Of a stretch of DNA of 64,000 nucleotides, positions 50,621-60,054 are shown piece after piece. Location of the stretch: contig JBCCQQ010000001.1 of the NCBI GenBank assembly GCA_039024555.1, forward strand, positions 160,001 to 224,000, written 5' to 3'. The notes under the pieces are model-generated. The model was not told the DNA's origin. It worked only from the letters and a program-made list of their open reading frames with translations, and did not search any database. A program made the position numbers and the translations under genes. Each line of letters starts with the position of its first letter. The stretch's first letter is position 1. This DNA comes from Cyanobacteria bacterium P01_D01_bin.156 (GTDB taxonomy: Bacteria; Cyanobacteriota; Cyanobacteriia; Phormidesmidales; Phormidesmidaceae).

Positions 50621-51892
50621 CTAAGCCGCCGCCGGAATTTCCCCTCGTGACACAGGTCTAGCAAACATTTCCCGAAACCTGGCTTGACGCGTATCAGCAG
50701 GCTCAGGGGCAGTTTCCCACAGGCTCTCATAGAAGAAGAATGTCATTCCCAAACCAGCAACTCGGGCCTCTCGCACTTTATCCTCGATCAGGCTAATGCG
50801 CACTGGCACATTTCTAAGGCCTGTGAGAATGCCCGCAGCTGTCGGTATCTTATGGAGACTTTCCCGCAGAGATGGAGCATATAGTTGCTGACGAAAATCA
50901 TTAATATTGTTGCGATAGATCTGAACAATCAGCTCGTCTACCCAGCCTTGTCGCACCCAAGTTAACCAATCCTGCAGCTGTCCCTTGTAGGCAAAATCGT
51001 AATGATTAGGAGCGACTGAAAAAATCACATCCCGTCGACGTGCTTTGAGATCGGCATTAAGGGTCTTCACGAACTCGCTTAGCTTATCCGCACGCCAGCG
51101 AACCCAGGCCGGATTATGGGGATCATCAGGCACATTCTTTCCGGTGTCGGCTTTGTACAGTGAGCGGGTGTAGGCATCATAGCCAAACTCCACTGGCAAA
51201 ATGAAATGGTCATCAAACTGCACGCCATCAACGTCATAGCGACTGATTAACTCCAACAGCAGACGGGTGATAAACTGCTGAACTTCTGGCTTGTAAGGAT
51301 TCAGCCAGACCATATCACCCACATTTCTACGAGTGTCTATGCGACTGCCATTACGTTTTTCTGTGAGCCAGTCGCCGTGAAGTGTAGCGAGTTCTGATGT
51401 GGCAGGAGCCATAAAGCCAAACTCAAACCAGGGAATAACCGTCATTCCTTGACGATGCCCCTGAGCGATCAACTCCTGCAGGATGTCATACCCCTGTATG
51501 CCACGACGTACAAAATGTTGAATCCCCGCTTGCTTAGCGGTGCCACTATCAAATAACGTGTATCCACTGTTCCAAACCACTGGATAAAGGGTGTTGAAAT
51601 TCAAATCTGCCAGCTGATCGATAGCGTTATCCAGCTTGGGCTGGTCCACCATGACATCCATGTCGTTGGTGGTAATCCAAACACCGCGAATCTCATGACT
51701 TGGAGTAGCGACACGAGCAAGGGCAGATGAATCTATCCCCCCGTGCAAGATGATGGCAAACACCACTGCCAGACCAAATAACAAGAGTGAAATAGGCTGC
51801 CAGCGCCAAACAGATGAAGTCATAGCATGAGGGGCAATGGGATGAGTACGAGAACCGTTGCTAAGCCGTAGCAAAGACGCACATGTAACCAA
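50621..51892 (-). CDS. Glycoside hydrolase-like family 10 (GHL10/DUF187) protein
   Basis: EIRGVW, PWFEFG and YDVDGVQFDDHF motifs. The start may be the ATG at 51823. Confidence 0.85.
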   Translation of the reverse strand: MVTCASLLRLSNGSRTHPIAPHAMTSSVWRWQPISLLLFGLAVVFAIILHGGIDSSALARVATPSHEIRGVWITTNDMDVMVDQPKLDNAIDQLADLNFNTLYPVVWNSGYTLFDSGTAKQAGIQHFVRRGIQGYDILQELIAQGHRQGMTVIPWFEFGFMAPATSELATLHGDWLTEKRNGSRIDTRRNVGDMVWLNPYKPEVQQFITRLLLELISRYDVDGVQFDDHFILPVEFGYDAYTRSLYKADTGKNVPDDPHNPAWVRWRADKLSEFVKTLNADLKARRRDVIFSVAPNHYDFAYKGQLQDWLTWVRQGWVDELIVQIYRNNINDFRQQLYAPSLRESLHKIPTAAGILTGLRNVPVRISLIEDKVREARVAGLGMTFFFYESLWETAPEPADTRQARFREMFARPVSRGEIPAAA

Positions 51893-52115
51893 AAACCGGC
51901 ATTAAACAATTAATGTAGGCTGGAAAACATTTAGCGAGTTATTGGTCATCTATTCATCACTGTGATGGTCATGTCAGAGCAAACAACGGTTCAGTTGTAC
52001 TGGAAAATTTAACATTTTATTTGGGATCTTTGTTGATCTGCAATTTGTGCTGCCTCAAAAAATCACAATCCGGTCTACAAGTGACCTTTTACAGCATTCG
52101 TACATCCACTCCTGA

Positions 52116-52256
52116 AACGATGCAGTATCCGTGCAAATCCTTGCGCCCATAGCGTGCTTATTAACGATGCAGTATCCGTGCAGATCCTTGCGCCCATAGC
52201 GTGCTTATTAACGATGCAGTATCCGTGCAAATCCTTGCACCCATAGCGTGCTTATT
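52116..52256. repeat. 3 x 47-bp tandem repeat overlapping the TPR gene stop
   Basis: AACGATGCAGTATCCGTGCAAATCCTTGCGCCCATAGCGTGCTTATT at 52116, 52163 and 52210; copies 2 and 3 each differ from copy 1 by one base. Confidence 0.95.
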
Positions 52257-54195
52257 TTTGACCAATGCCGAGCTGCCGCAAGAGCGGATGCTCCTTGACT
52301 ATGGGCAATATTTCTTGAAACCAAAGCCGGGCCATGTCTTCTTTGCCTTGCAACATAAGCAAACGACTACGGGTAAGCATTAGGCTCACCAAGTCGTTTT
52401 CTGTAATCTGCGCATGGGATAGCAATGGGGCTAGAACATTTTCTGCGGCTGCTAAATTCTCTTCTTGCAGGTAAAGCTGGGCGATCGCAATTCGGCTATC
52501 TACATCATTGGGATGCTGATCAATAATTTTTTGGGTCAACTGACGGGCATCGATGAGGCGGTCTTGATGGGTGTATGCGAGGGCTAAATTATTGAGTAAT
52601 ACTGGGTTGCTAGGTTCTAGTTCCAGAGCCTGCTGTAAATATTTCTCCGCAGTTTCGGCAGCTTTGGAAGATTCCAGAGCAATCTTCTTTTTAGCCTTAT
52701 CCAGTAATTCAGCAGCTTCTGGTGTCTGAGTTGAGGAAACTTCAGGTTCCAGAATATAGATGTCCAGAGGAGGATTTTCACACCACTCACCGTTAAGCCA
52801 GAACCTGGCAGTTTTTAATTTTTGGTGACGTGCTAGATAAGATGCCATGTGATAACGCTGTGAATCACTGCCGTCGGTACCAGCAATAAATTCGTTAACG
52901 GCCTGAACATGATCATCTGTTAGATGACTCTTAGTAATCACCATAGCGAGCATCCGGGCCCTGGGGCTGCCACGTTTTAACCAAACAGGTAATAGCTGAC
53001 TAACAAAGGGATACTGCTTAAGCAAATTCTCGACAGCACGAACTAGGAGAGGTTGAGGAGTACGGGCCGACGACATAGCGCGAACAACCTGCCGTAATTC
53101 TTGATAAACAGCATTTTCCACCCAACTATTGAGCTCAAATGGCCAAGGTCCTTCCTTAAAAGTGGACGTCATATCAAAATCATCCAGATTTTCCTTGGCC
53201 ACTGCCAGGTCAGGATAAAGTTCTAGGGCCAAACTCCACTGATGACGCGCGGCTCTGAGTTCACCTTGACGGACTAAGGCCACAGCGACCAAATGGTGAA
53301 ATAACCCGGATACTAAAGAACGATTATCCTTTTGCGGATCTGGAGGTACGGTGTCCAGCAGATTTACAAGGCTGGTCATGTCATCCAAATAAGCCAATGC
53401 TTCTGCCTTGCGAGTGAGGTCATTGGCATCTGTACTGCCATTTGCTAGGAGTCGTTCTCTGTGGATTTCAGCATCGCTAAAATTGCCCCGTAAGCAGAGA
53501 AATCGGACGAGATTTGCACGTAATACAAGACTATCGGGATAGTTTTGCAGGGAGGATTCCAGTGTCGCGATCGCATTTTCGTACTGATCGTCAGCCATAT
53601 AGGCCAGAGCTAAGCAGTTGTATCCTGGTACAAACTCAGGGCGTTGCTCGATGAGTAACTGAGCTGAGTCAATTGCTTTAGCTGCCTGACTCGTTTCTGT
53701 ATAGGCCCGGGTACGTTCGTAGAGAATACCAAAGTCCCAATCGTCGGGATATTGCAATTCAAGATTGTCTAGAGCTTCCGATAAATTCGGCTCGATCACC
53801 GCTAAATGTTCTTTACCGTCCACCGCACCTGGATGATCAGGCCACCGCTCAATGGCCTGCCGATATTGTTGAACACCGAGGAGTGGATAGTAGTTGAGCA
53901 TATAGGCATGGCCCAGCAAAAAGTTAACCCGGGCATCGTTGGGTTTTAGGGCTAAAAACTGCTCACATGTGGCCTGGTACTGATAAAGCTGACCTAATTC
54001 ATAATGCACTGCTAGCAGATGGGCCAAAACATCCATATTTTCAGGATTAGACTCTCGAAGCCGTGCTAGAAGAGAATAGGCATCGGTCCAGTGTTCCCGC
54101 CGGATCAAGGCATCTGCATGGGCTAGCTCCGTCAATAGTGACTGATGGCCAAAACCGCGATTCACCTGGGTTTTCTTTCTAGTTTTCCGAGCCAT
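52252..54195 (-). CDS. Tetratricopeptide-repeat protein
   Basis: Multiple TPR-like repeats (AIERWPDHP, ALELYPDL, ALELEPSNPVLLNNLALAY). Confidence 0.85.
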   Translation of the reverse strand: MARKTRKKTQVNRGFGHQSLLTELAHADALIRREHWTDAYSLLARLRESNPENMDVLAHLLAVHYELGQLYQYQATCEQFLALKPNDARVNFLLGHAYMLNYYPLLGVQQYRQAIERWPDHPGAVDGKEHLAVIEPNLSEALDNLELQYPDDWDFGILYERTRAYTETSQAAKAIDSAQLLIEQRPEFVPGYNCLALAYMADDQYENAIATLESSLQNYPDSLVLRANLVRFLCLRGNFSDAEIHRERLLANGSTDANDLTRKAEALAYLDDMTSLVNLLDTVPPDPQKDNRSLVSGLFHHLVAVALVRQGELRAARHQWSLALELYPDLAVAKENLDDFDMTSTFKEGPWPFELNSWVENAVYQELRQVVRAMSSARTPQPLLVRAVENLLKQYPFVSQLLPVWLKRGSPRARMLAMVITKSHLTDDHVQAVNEFIAGTDGSDSQRYHMASYLARHQKLKTARFWLNGEWCENPPLDIYILEPEVSSTQTPEAAELLDKAKKKIALESSKAAETAEKYLQQALELEPSNPVLLNNLALAYTHQDRLIDARQLTQKIIDQHPNDVDSRIAIAQLYLQEENLAAAENVLAPLLSHAQITENDLVSLMLTRSRLLMLQGKEDMARLWFQEILPIVKEHPLLRQLGIGQK

Positions 54196-54326
54196 CGTTC
54201 GCCTACTCCCTCAATCTGCAACGCCGTTGCCATCACCTTAAGCGTCTAGGGGTGTTTACAAGTCAGAGTTTATAAAAGGTTTAGCAAGTTCTCTTACATG
54301 TCTATCGCTTGATATACACAACAGCA

Positions 54327-55079
54327 ATGCCTTCTTCCAGTTGGTCCGGTCGTCATCACGATAAAGATGCTTTGCGATCGCGGATTTGGTCTACCCTAAA
54401 GGCCCACAAAGCCACGCGACGGGATCCAGTAGGACATATCCCAAACTTTATAGGGGCAGACATCGCTGCAGAACGTCTAGCCGCTACTGAACTATGGCAA
54501 CAGGCTCAGGTTATTAAGTGCAACCCCGACTCACCCCATACAGCCGTGCGATTGCGCGCGTTAGCTGACGGCAAAACCCTTTACATGGCAGTGCCCCGCC
54601 TTGCCCGTAAAAAATGTTTTGTGGAATTGACCGCCACAGCTTTGAGAGCAAAGGGCATTGCCCCAGAAACAGCAGCCACTATGCGTGGTGCCATGGACCA
54701 TGGCCAACTCGTTGCCTTTGACGAAATGCACGCCATTGATTTAGTGGTGGTGGGTTGTGTGGCAGTCGCCCTAACAGGTGGACGCACAGGCAAAGGAGCA
54801 GGCTTTGCTGATTTGGAATTGGCCATGCTGCGACAATGCAATTTGGTCACAGACAAGACGCCCATCGTTACCACTGTCCACGACCTACAAATCGTTGATG
54901 GCACCGAACTACCCATGCAAAAGCATGATTGGGGACTGGACTTGATTGTCACCCCCACTCAGTGTTTCACAACCCAAAATCGTTACCCTAAACCTACTGG
55001 ACTAGATTGGGATACGATTCAACCGGATCAGATTGCACGTATTCCCATCCTACGGCTCTGGTCTCAGCAACGTAACTAA
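54327..55079 (+). CDS. 5-formyltetrahydrofolate cyclo-ligase paralog (MTHFSD/COG0212-like)
   Basis: IPNFIGA, KCNPDSP, GRTGKGAGFADLE and TTVHDLQ motifs. Alternative TTG start at 54309. Confidence 0.82.
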   Translation: MPSSSWSGRHHDKDALRSRIWSTLKAHKATRRDPVGHIPNFIGADIAAERLAATELWQQAQVIKCNPDSPHTAVRLRALADGKTLYMAVPRLARKKCFVELTATALRAKGIAPETAATMRGAMDHGQLVAFDEMHAIDLVVVGCVAVALTGGRTGKGAGFADLELAMLRQCNLVTDKTPIVTTVHDLQIVDGTELPMQKHDWGLDLIVTPTQCFTTQNRYPKPTGLDWDTIQPDQIARIPILRLWSQQRN

Positions 55080-55107
55080 GCTGGCTATTTTCTAATTTGT
55101 ATTTGCC

Positions 55108-56094
55108 ATGGCATTGCCCCCCAGTCTATTAATTCGTACCGCTAAAACACTGTGGACCACCCTATGGCGCACAATGATGGCTCAAATGGCCCCTAGCAAT
55201 AGGAATGGAGAATATCAGCGACCAGTTAGTGCATTTTGCGATCGCATTCCTTCTGAAACCTTTCCAGCTGCCGCTGGGCGCTATCGTCTGATTGTTGGTA
55301 TGGGTTGCCCCTGGGCTCACCGCACATTGATTGTACGAGCCTTGAAGGGACTAGACCAAGTAATTCCTATCACTGTCGTTTCGCCAGCGGGTGAGCAAGG
55401 CTGTTGGGTATTTGATCACCCCTCTGCAACAGACTCCCTGAGTTGCCAGACCCTGCCACAGTTTTATAAGCGTTTACAACCAGGGTATAAGGGACGAGCT
55501 ACTGTCCCCGTTTTGTGGGATAGCCATACCAACACAATCGTCAATAATGAAAGTGCTGAGATTATCGAAATTCTAAATGCAGCCTTTGACATCTGGGCAA
55601 ATTATCCCAATTTAGATTTATACCCAGCTGCATTGCAAAGCGATATCAATCAATGGAATCAACATACATACACCGCTATCAATAACGGTGTATATCGATG
55701 CGGTTTTGCACAAACACAAACAGCCTACAAAGCTGCTTGTAACGAACTCTTTGATGCACTAGACACCATTGATAAAACCCTAGCGCAGCATCGTTACCTC
55801 TGCGGTAAGACGTTAACCCTGGCAGATGTCCGCTTGTTTACCACCCTGATCCGTTTTGATGTAGCCTACCACGATCTTTTCAAATGCAATCGCCACCGGA
55901 TAGCAGACTACAAGCATCTTAGCGAGTATGTACGAGACATCTACCAACTACCGGGTATTGCCAACACCTGTGATGTTGAAGCTATTAAGCGAGACTACTT
56001 TGGCAACCTATTCCCTCTGAATCCTGGAGGAATTATCCCTCTAGGACCAGACCTAACAAGCCTTGAACAGCCGCACAATCGCCACAAGTTTTGA
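55108..56094 (+). CDS. Glutathionyl-hydroquinone reductase (Xi-class GST, YqjG-like)
   Basis: CPWAHR, TVPVLWD, NNESAEI and INNGVYRCGFA motifs. Confidence 0.9.
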   Translation: MALPPSLLIRTAKTLWTTLWRTMMAQMAPSNRNGEYQRPVSAFCDRIPSETFPAAAGRYRLIVGMGCPWAHRTLIVRALKGLDQVIPITVVSPAGEQGCWVFDHPSATDSLSCQTLPQFYKRLQPGYKGRATVPVLWDSHTNTIVNNESAEIIEILNAAFDIWANYPNLDLYPAALQSDINQWNQHTYTAINNGVYRCGFAQTQTAYKAACNELFDALDTIDKTLAQHRYLCGKTLTLADVRLFTTLIRFDVAYHDLFKCNRHRIADYKHLSEYVRDIYQLPGIANTCDVEAIKRDYFGNLFPLNPGGIIPLGPDLTSLEQPHNRHKF

Positions 56095-56128
56095 AAACAG
56101 AGGTTTGCTTATCCTAGGTAGAACAACC

Positions 56129-56647
56129 TTAATCCTTCTCGATATGACGTTTTACAGAATTCAAATCAATATATCGATCGGTCGCATTGCGCAGTTCCCT
56201 TGCAATCATTCCTTCTGTGGACACAACGGTGATGTGAGTATTTTTGGAGCGCAGTAACTCGATAGCTCGCTCAAAGTCACCATCCCCACTAAACAAAACA
56301 ACCCGGTCATACTGAGCGGCTGTGTTGAACATATCAATAACAATTTCAATATCTAAATTAGCTTTTTGGGAGTAACGTCCAGAGTTATCGTCATAGTACT
56401 CCTTTAGAATTTTTGTGCGTACCGTATATCCCAGGCTAATTAAGGCATCGCGAAACCCGCGCTGGTCTTGAGGATCTTTAAGCCCTGTGTACCAAAAAGC
56501 ATTGATTAATGTAGACGGGACTGTTTCGTGGGTAAAGTACTCAAGCACACGTTTAGGGTCAAAAAACCAGCCATTTTTCTGCTGGGCGTAAAACATGTTA
56601 TTGCCATCTACAAATATAGAAAGGCGACTTAACGGTTGCGTATGCAT
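56129..56647 (-). CDS. labA: LabA-like NYN-domain protein
   Basis: FVDGNNMFY, KANLDIEIVIDM and LFSGDGDFER motifs. Confidence 0.8.
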   Translation of the reverse strand: MHTQPLSRLSIFVDGNNMFYAQQKNGWFFDPKRVLEYFTHETVPSTLINAFWYTGLKDPQDQRGFRDALISLGYTVRTKILKEYYDDNSGRYSQKANLDIEIVIDMFNTAAQYDRVVLFSGDGDFERAIELLRSKNTHITVVSTEGMIARELRNATDRYIDLNSVKRHIEKD

Positions 56648-56720
56648 AGAAATTAAAACAATAAGAGTAATTAACCACTAGAGGATTGCCACCGAGACGA
56701 TTCGTTGACAAAACTCGCCA

Positions 56721-56760
56721 GAAATAGACTGAAACGTAAGTGAAATAGACTGAAACGTAA
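56721..56760. repeat. 19-bp direct repeat (21-bp period) upstream of labA
   Basis: GAAATAGACTGAAACGTAA at 56721 and 56742. Confidence 0.85.
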
Positions 56761-57545
56761 ATATAAGAACAGAAAGCAAATGCATAGCTATTGATGCGGT
56801 TGCTGAAGCTGATTCAAAAGTAATCTTTATAAGATAATAAGAATGTGAACAGCGGCTAGCCAACAACCACAGCGAATAACCTAATACTGAGCTTTACAGT
56901 GACAATATACATATGAGCAAAAGTGTAGATATTCTTGCACCAGCGCATAACTTAATGAGTCAAAGGCATTGCTAGAGTCAGAAATCATAGAAGAAGTTTC
57001 AATAGGTTTTAATCCATAACTTTTCAATCAGGACACAACCTGTCAGTGCATAAATTGGTTTTTGCTATGTATCAATCGATCTATGAGGATAAAGAGTAGC
57101 CTAAATTAGGCTTCATATTACCACTGACCATAGATACTCATAATTTGCTCCTCTAATCAGCACCACCTACAAGAAAGACAAGTTACTACTATAAGGCAGA
57201 TCTGATTATCTTGCGGGGCGAGACCACAACTCAGCTTGTCGTCATTGGAATTCAGAGTACACAAGCCCAGACATGGATAACATGCAACACAGTATGTTTC
57301 CTACAGAAAGACTAATATTACTCCATCACCTGAGTAATATTAGCTACAGCCAACGGAAACAGTTAGCCAGTAATTATAGTCGTAATAATATCGCATACTT
57401 TTATGTAATCTATGCACTCCACTACGCAGGTCCTGAAAAACGCTGGATTCTTTATTCCACAATAGATAAAGAGCTAATAGATTTAGGACTGCACTCTCTG
57501 GTAGCTGTATAAGCCAAGTATTTTAAGACACACACGTTTATCCGT

Positions 57546-59945
57546 ATGAAGCACGATGACGTTGATGTTACGGTTACGCTTACTTCTCAAGATCGTCTCC
57601 GCAATCGTATATCAACAATCAGTTTTGCGAAACGCTGGAGAGCCTATTTGAATGGGTTTTTAATTGGTCTAGCCGCGCTTGCAACCGGCAGCGAGTTAGG
57701 TGTCGTACGTTCATTAGAAAGCCAAGGTCAGGCTTTGATGTGGGAAGTCCGAGGTTCCACAGCGGCTCCAGAAGATATCGTCATACTAGCAATCGATGAA
57801 GAGTCATTATCTCAAGGGCAACATTATTTGGATGAACCGGAGGCATATCCAGAGTTAGCAGCTATTAGTTCTTGGCCGTGGCCAAGGGCAACTTATGCTG
57901 CAGCTGTGGATAAGCTCTTAGCAGCAGGTGCGGATGCTGTGGCACTGGATATTGTTTTTGCCCAACCTAGTAGTTACGGCCCAGAAGATGATCGCGCCTT
58001 CAGGGAGGTATTGGCTCAAAAAGGTGAGCGAGTGGTGCTAGCGGCAGAATACGGAGATGTAGATTTACGTCAGGGCTCATTACTGCAGCCAACACTGCCC
58101 TTACCGGACCTACGTGAAACTCCAGTTAACGTAGGTGCTATTAACTTCCCCATAGAACCTAATGGTAAGATTCATCGTCTAAGTCGAGAGTTCTTAAATC
58201 ATCTGCGGGAAGTTGAGGCAAATTTTCTTGGGATAGACTTTTTGGCTGAGACCGGAGAGCCTCGTGTACTTAGTTTTTCTGAAGCCACACTAGAAGCAGC
58301 ACAAGCGGACTACGCACAAGATCATCGAGACCACATCTTCTTTCACGGTCCTGGTAAAACGTTTCAACATGTACCCTTTTGGTACATTCTAGACAACCAA
58401 CTGTGGCAATCTCAGCTTGATAACGGGCGTTTTTTCAAGGATAAAATCATTCTGATTGGTTCTACAGCAGCACTCCTACAAGATTTTCACGCGGCTCCTT
58501 TTTCCAGTGGATTTCTTTACTCTGAACCAATGGCTGGCGTAGAGATTTTAGCAAATACCGTTGCGAGTCTTCGAGATGATTTGGTGCTGTATTCAGTAGC
58601 GCAGCGTTCATGGATGAGCGCATTCATAGTTGCTGGATGGTTAGGAGGAATGGCGATTTTTACAAGCCGAATTTCGTCGCGACAACCTTTACGCCGTGTA
58701 ATGTTAGCGGCTATTGGTGCAGTTATTTGGGGTGGAATTGGATTCCTGCTGTTTACGTTAGGTGGACTTATTCTCCCTATGGCAGTTCCTATTTTAGGCG
58801 TCTTAGGATTTGCGACAGCAGATGCTGCCATCGGATTATTCAGTGAGCAACTTCAGAAGAAAAATTTACGCAATACCTTAGCACGCTATGTTACCTCACC
58901 CATTGTTCAGGAAATCATTAGCCAACAGGACGATCTCAAAGATTTGCTGACTGTCCATGAAAGTGAAATGATTGGAAAGTTACTCAGCGATCGCTACCGA
59001 ATTAAGAAAATTCTAGGCTCAGGTGGATTCGGAGAAACTTACCTAGCTGAAGATATGCAACGACCTGGTAATCCGGTGTGTGTCGTCAAACAGCTAAAAA
59101 TCGTTAGTGATAATCCTAAGGCACACTCATTAGCACAACGCTTATTTTCATCAGAGGCAGCCACCTTAGAACGGCTAGGGGAACACGATCAAATACCTCG
59201 TTTGTTAGCTTATTTTGAAGCAAGTTATTCGTTCTATTTAGTCCAGGAAATGATTGATGGGACCCTGCTAAGGGAGCACCTCGATCCACGCAATCCCATG
59301 TCACAACGGGCCGTAGCAGAGTTTTTAATGGATTTACTACCAGTCATTAAAGCTGTTCATGGGCAGGGAGTAATTCATCGTGATATCAAGCCCTCCAATA
59401 TCATCGTTCGACATAGCGATGAGCGCTATGTCTTGATCGATTTTGGAGCTGTCAAACAAATATCCAATCGTTTAACAGATACCAATGCCCGCATTACGTC
59501 TACGGTTGGTATTGGCACCCAGGGATATATGCCCAGTGAACAATCAGCTGGATTACCAAACTTCAGTAGTGACATCTATGCCTTGGGTGTAACAGCCATA
59601 GAGGCACTTACTGGCTTACCTCCCCATGCTCTTCAGAGGGACAGCAACGGTGAAATTAAGTGGACTCACAAGGTGCCGGACTTAGAGCCTGGATTAGCAA
59701 GCGTAATTGAAAAAATGGTGCGCTATGACTTTAATCAGAGATATTCTAATGCGGGTGAAGTGTTAACGGCATTACGACAGCTAAGCTTCAATATTCTATC
59801 GACAGAGGCCCCTAAGTACTCAAAACTAGCAGCTGAATCAATGGCACCTGAAGATACTAAACTGACAACGATGATTTTGCCAACAGACTGGGATAAAAAC
59901 TATAAAAGGCCAAACGATACAACAGCGATTGATGACAATAATTAG
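57546..59945 (+). CDS. CHASE2-sensor transmembrane Hanks-type Ser/Thr kinase
   Basis: CHASE2 motifs (IVILAIDE, WPWPR, DFH..P, GVEILAN), three TM helices, kinase motifs LGSGGFG, VVK, HRDIKPSN, DFG and GTQGY. Confidence 0.92.
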   Translation: MKHDDVDVTVTLTSQDRLRNRISTISFAKRWRAYLNGFLIGLAALATGSELGVVRSLESQGQALMWEVRGSTAAPEDIVILAIDEESLSQGQHYLDEPEAYPELAAISSWPWPRATYAAAVDKLLAAGADAVALDIVFAQPSSYGPEDDRAFREVLAQKGERVVLAAEYGDVDLRQGSLLQPTLPLPDLRETPVNVGAINFPIEPNGKIHRLSREFLNHLREVEANFLGIDFLAETGEPRVLSFSEATLEAAQADYAQDHRDHIFFHGPGKTFQHVPFWYILDNQLWQSQLDNGRFFKDKIILIGSTAALLQDFHAAPFSSGFLYSEPMAGVEILANTVASLRDDLVLYSVAQRSWMSAFIVAGWLGGMAIFTSRISSRQPLRRVMLAAIGAVIWGGIGFLLFTLGGLILPMAVPILGVLGFATADAAIGLFSEQLQKKNLRNTLARYVTSPIVQEIISQQDDLKDLLTVHESEMIGKLLSDRYRIKKILGSGGFGETYLAEDMQRPGNPVCVVKQLKIVSDNPKAHSLAQRLFSSEAATLERLGEHDQIPRLLAYFEASYSFYLVQEMIDGTLLREHLDPRNPMSQRAVAEFLMDLLPVIKAVHGQGVIHRDIKPSNIIVRHSDERYVLIDFGAVKQISNRLTDTNARITSTVGIGTQGYMPSEQSAGLPNFSSDIYALGVTAIEALTGLPPHALQRDSNGEIKWTHKVPDLEPGLASVIEKMVRYDFNQRYSNAGEVLTALRQLSFNILSTEAPKYSKLAAESMAPEDTKLTTMILPTDWDKNYKRPNDTTAIDDNN

Positions 59946-60054
59946 ATGCTTAGATAATCAGGCTTATTAAGGGAATAGATTGCTCTATCTAGAAAGAGCA
60001 CAAGTTGAGAGTCCAGTAGCGATTACTCTATAACTGGCTACGGTAGCAATCTCA

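Noticed and set aside
52116..52256. CRISPR or mini-array
   Set aside because: The entire 47-bp unit repeats with no unique spacers.
57273..57512. 79-aa ORF upstream of the CHASE2 kinase
   Set aside because: AT-rich, no recognisable motif, and it occupies the probable promoter region; not supportable without homology.
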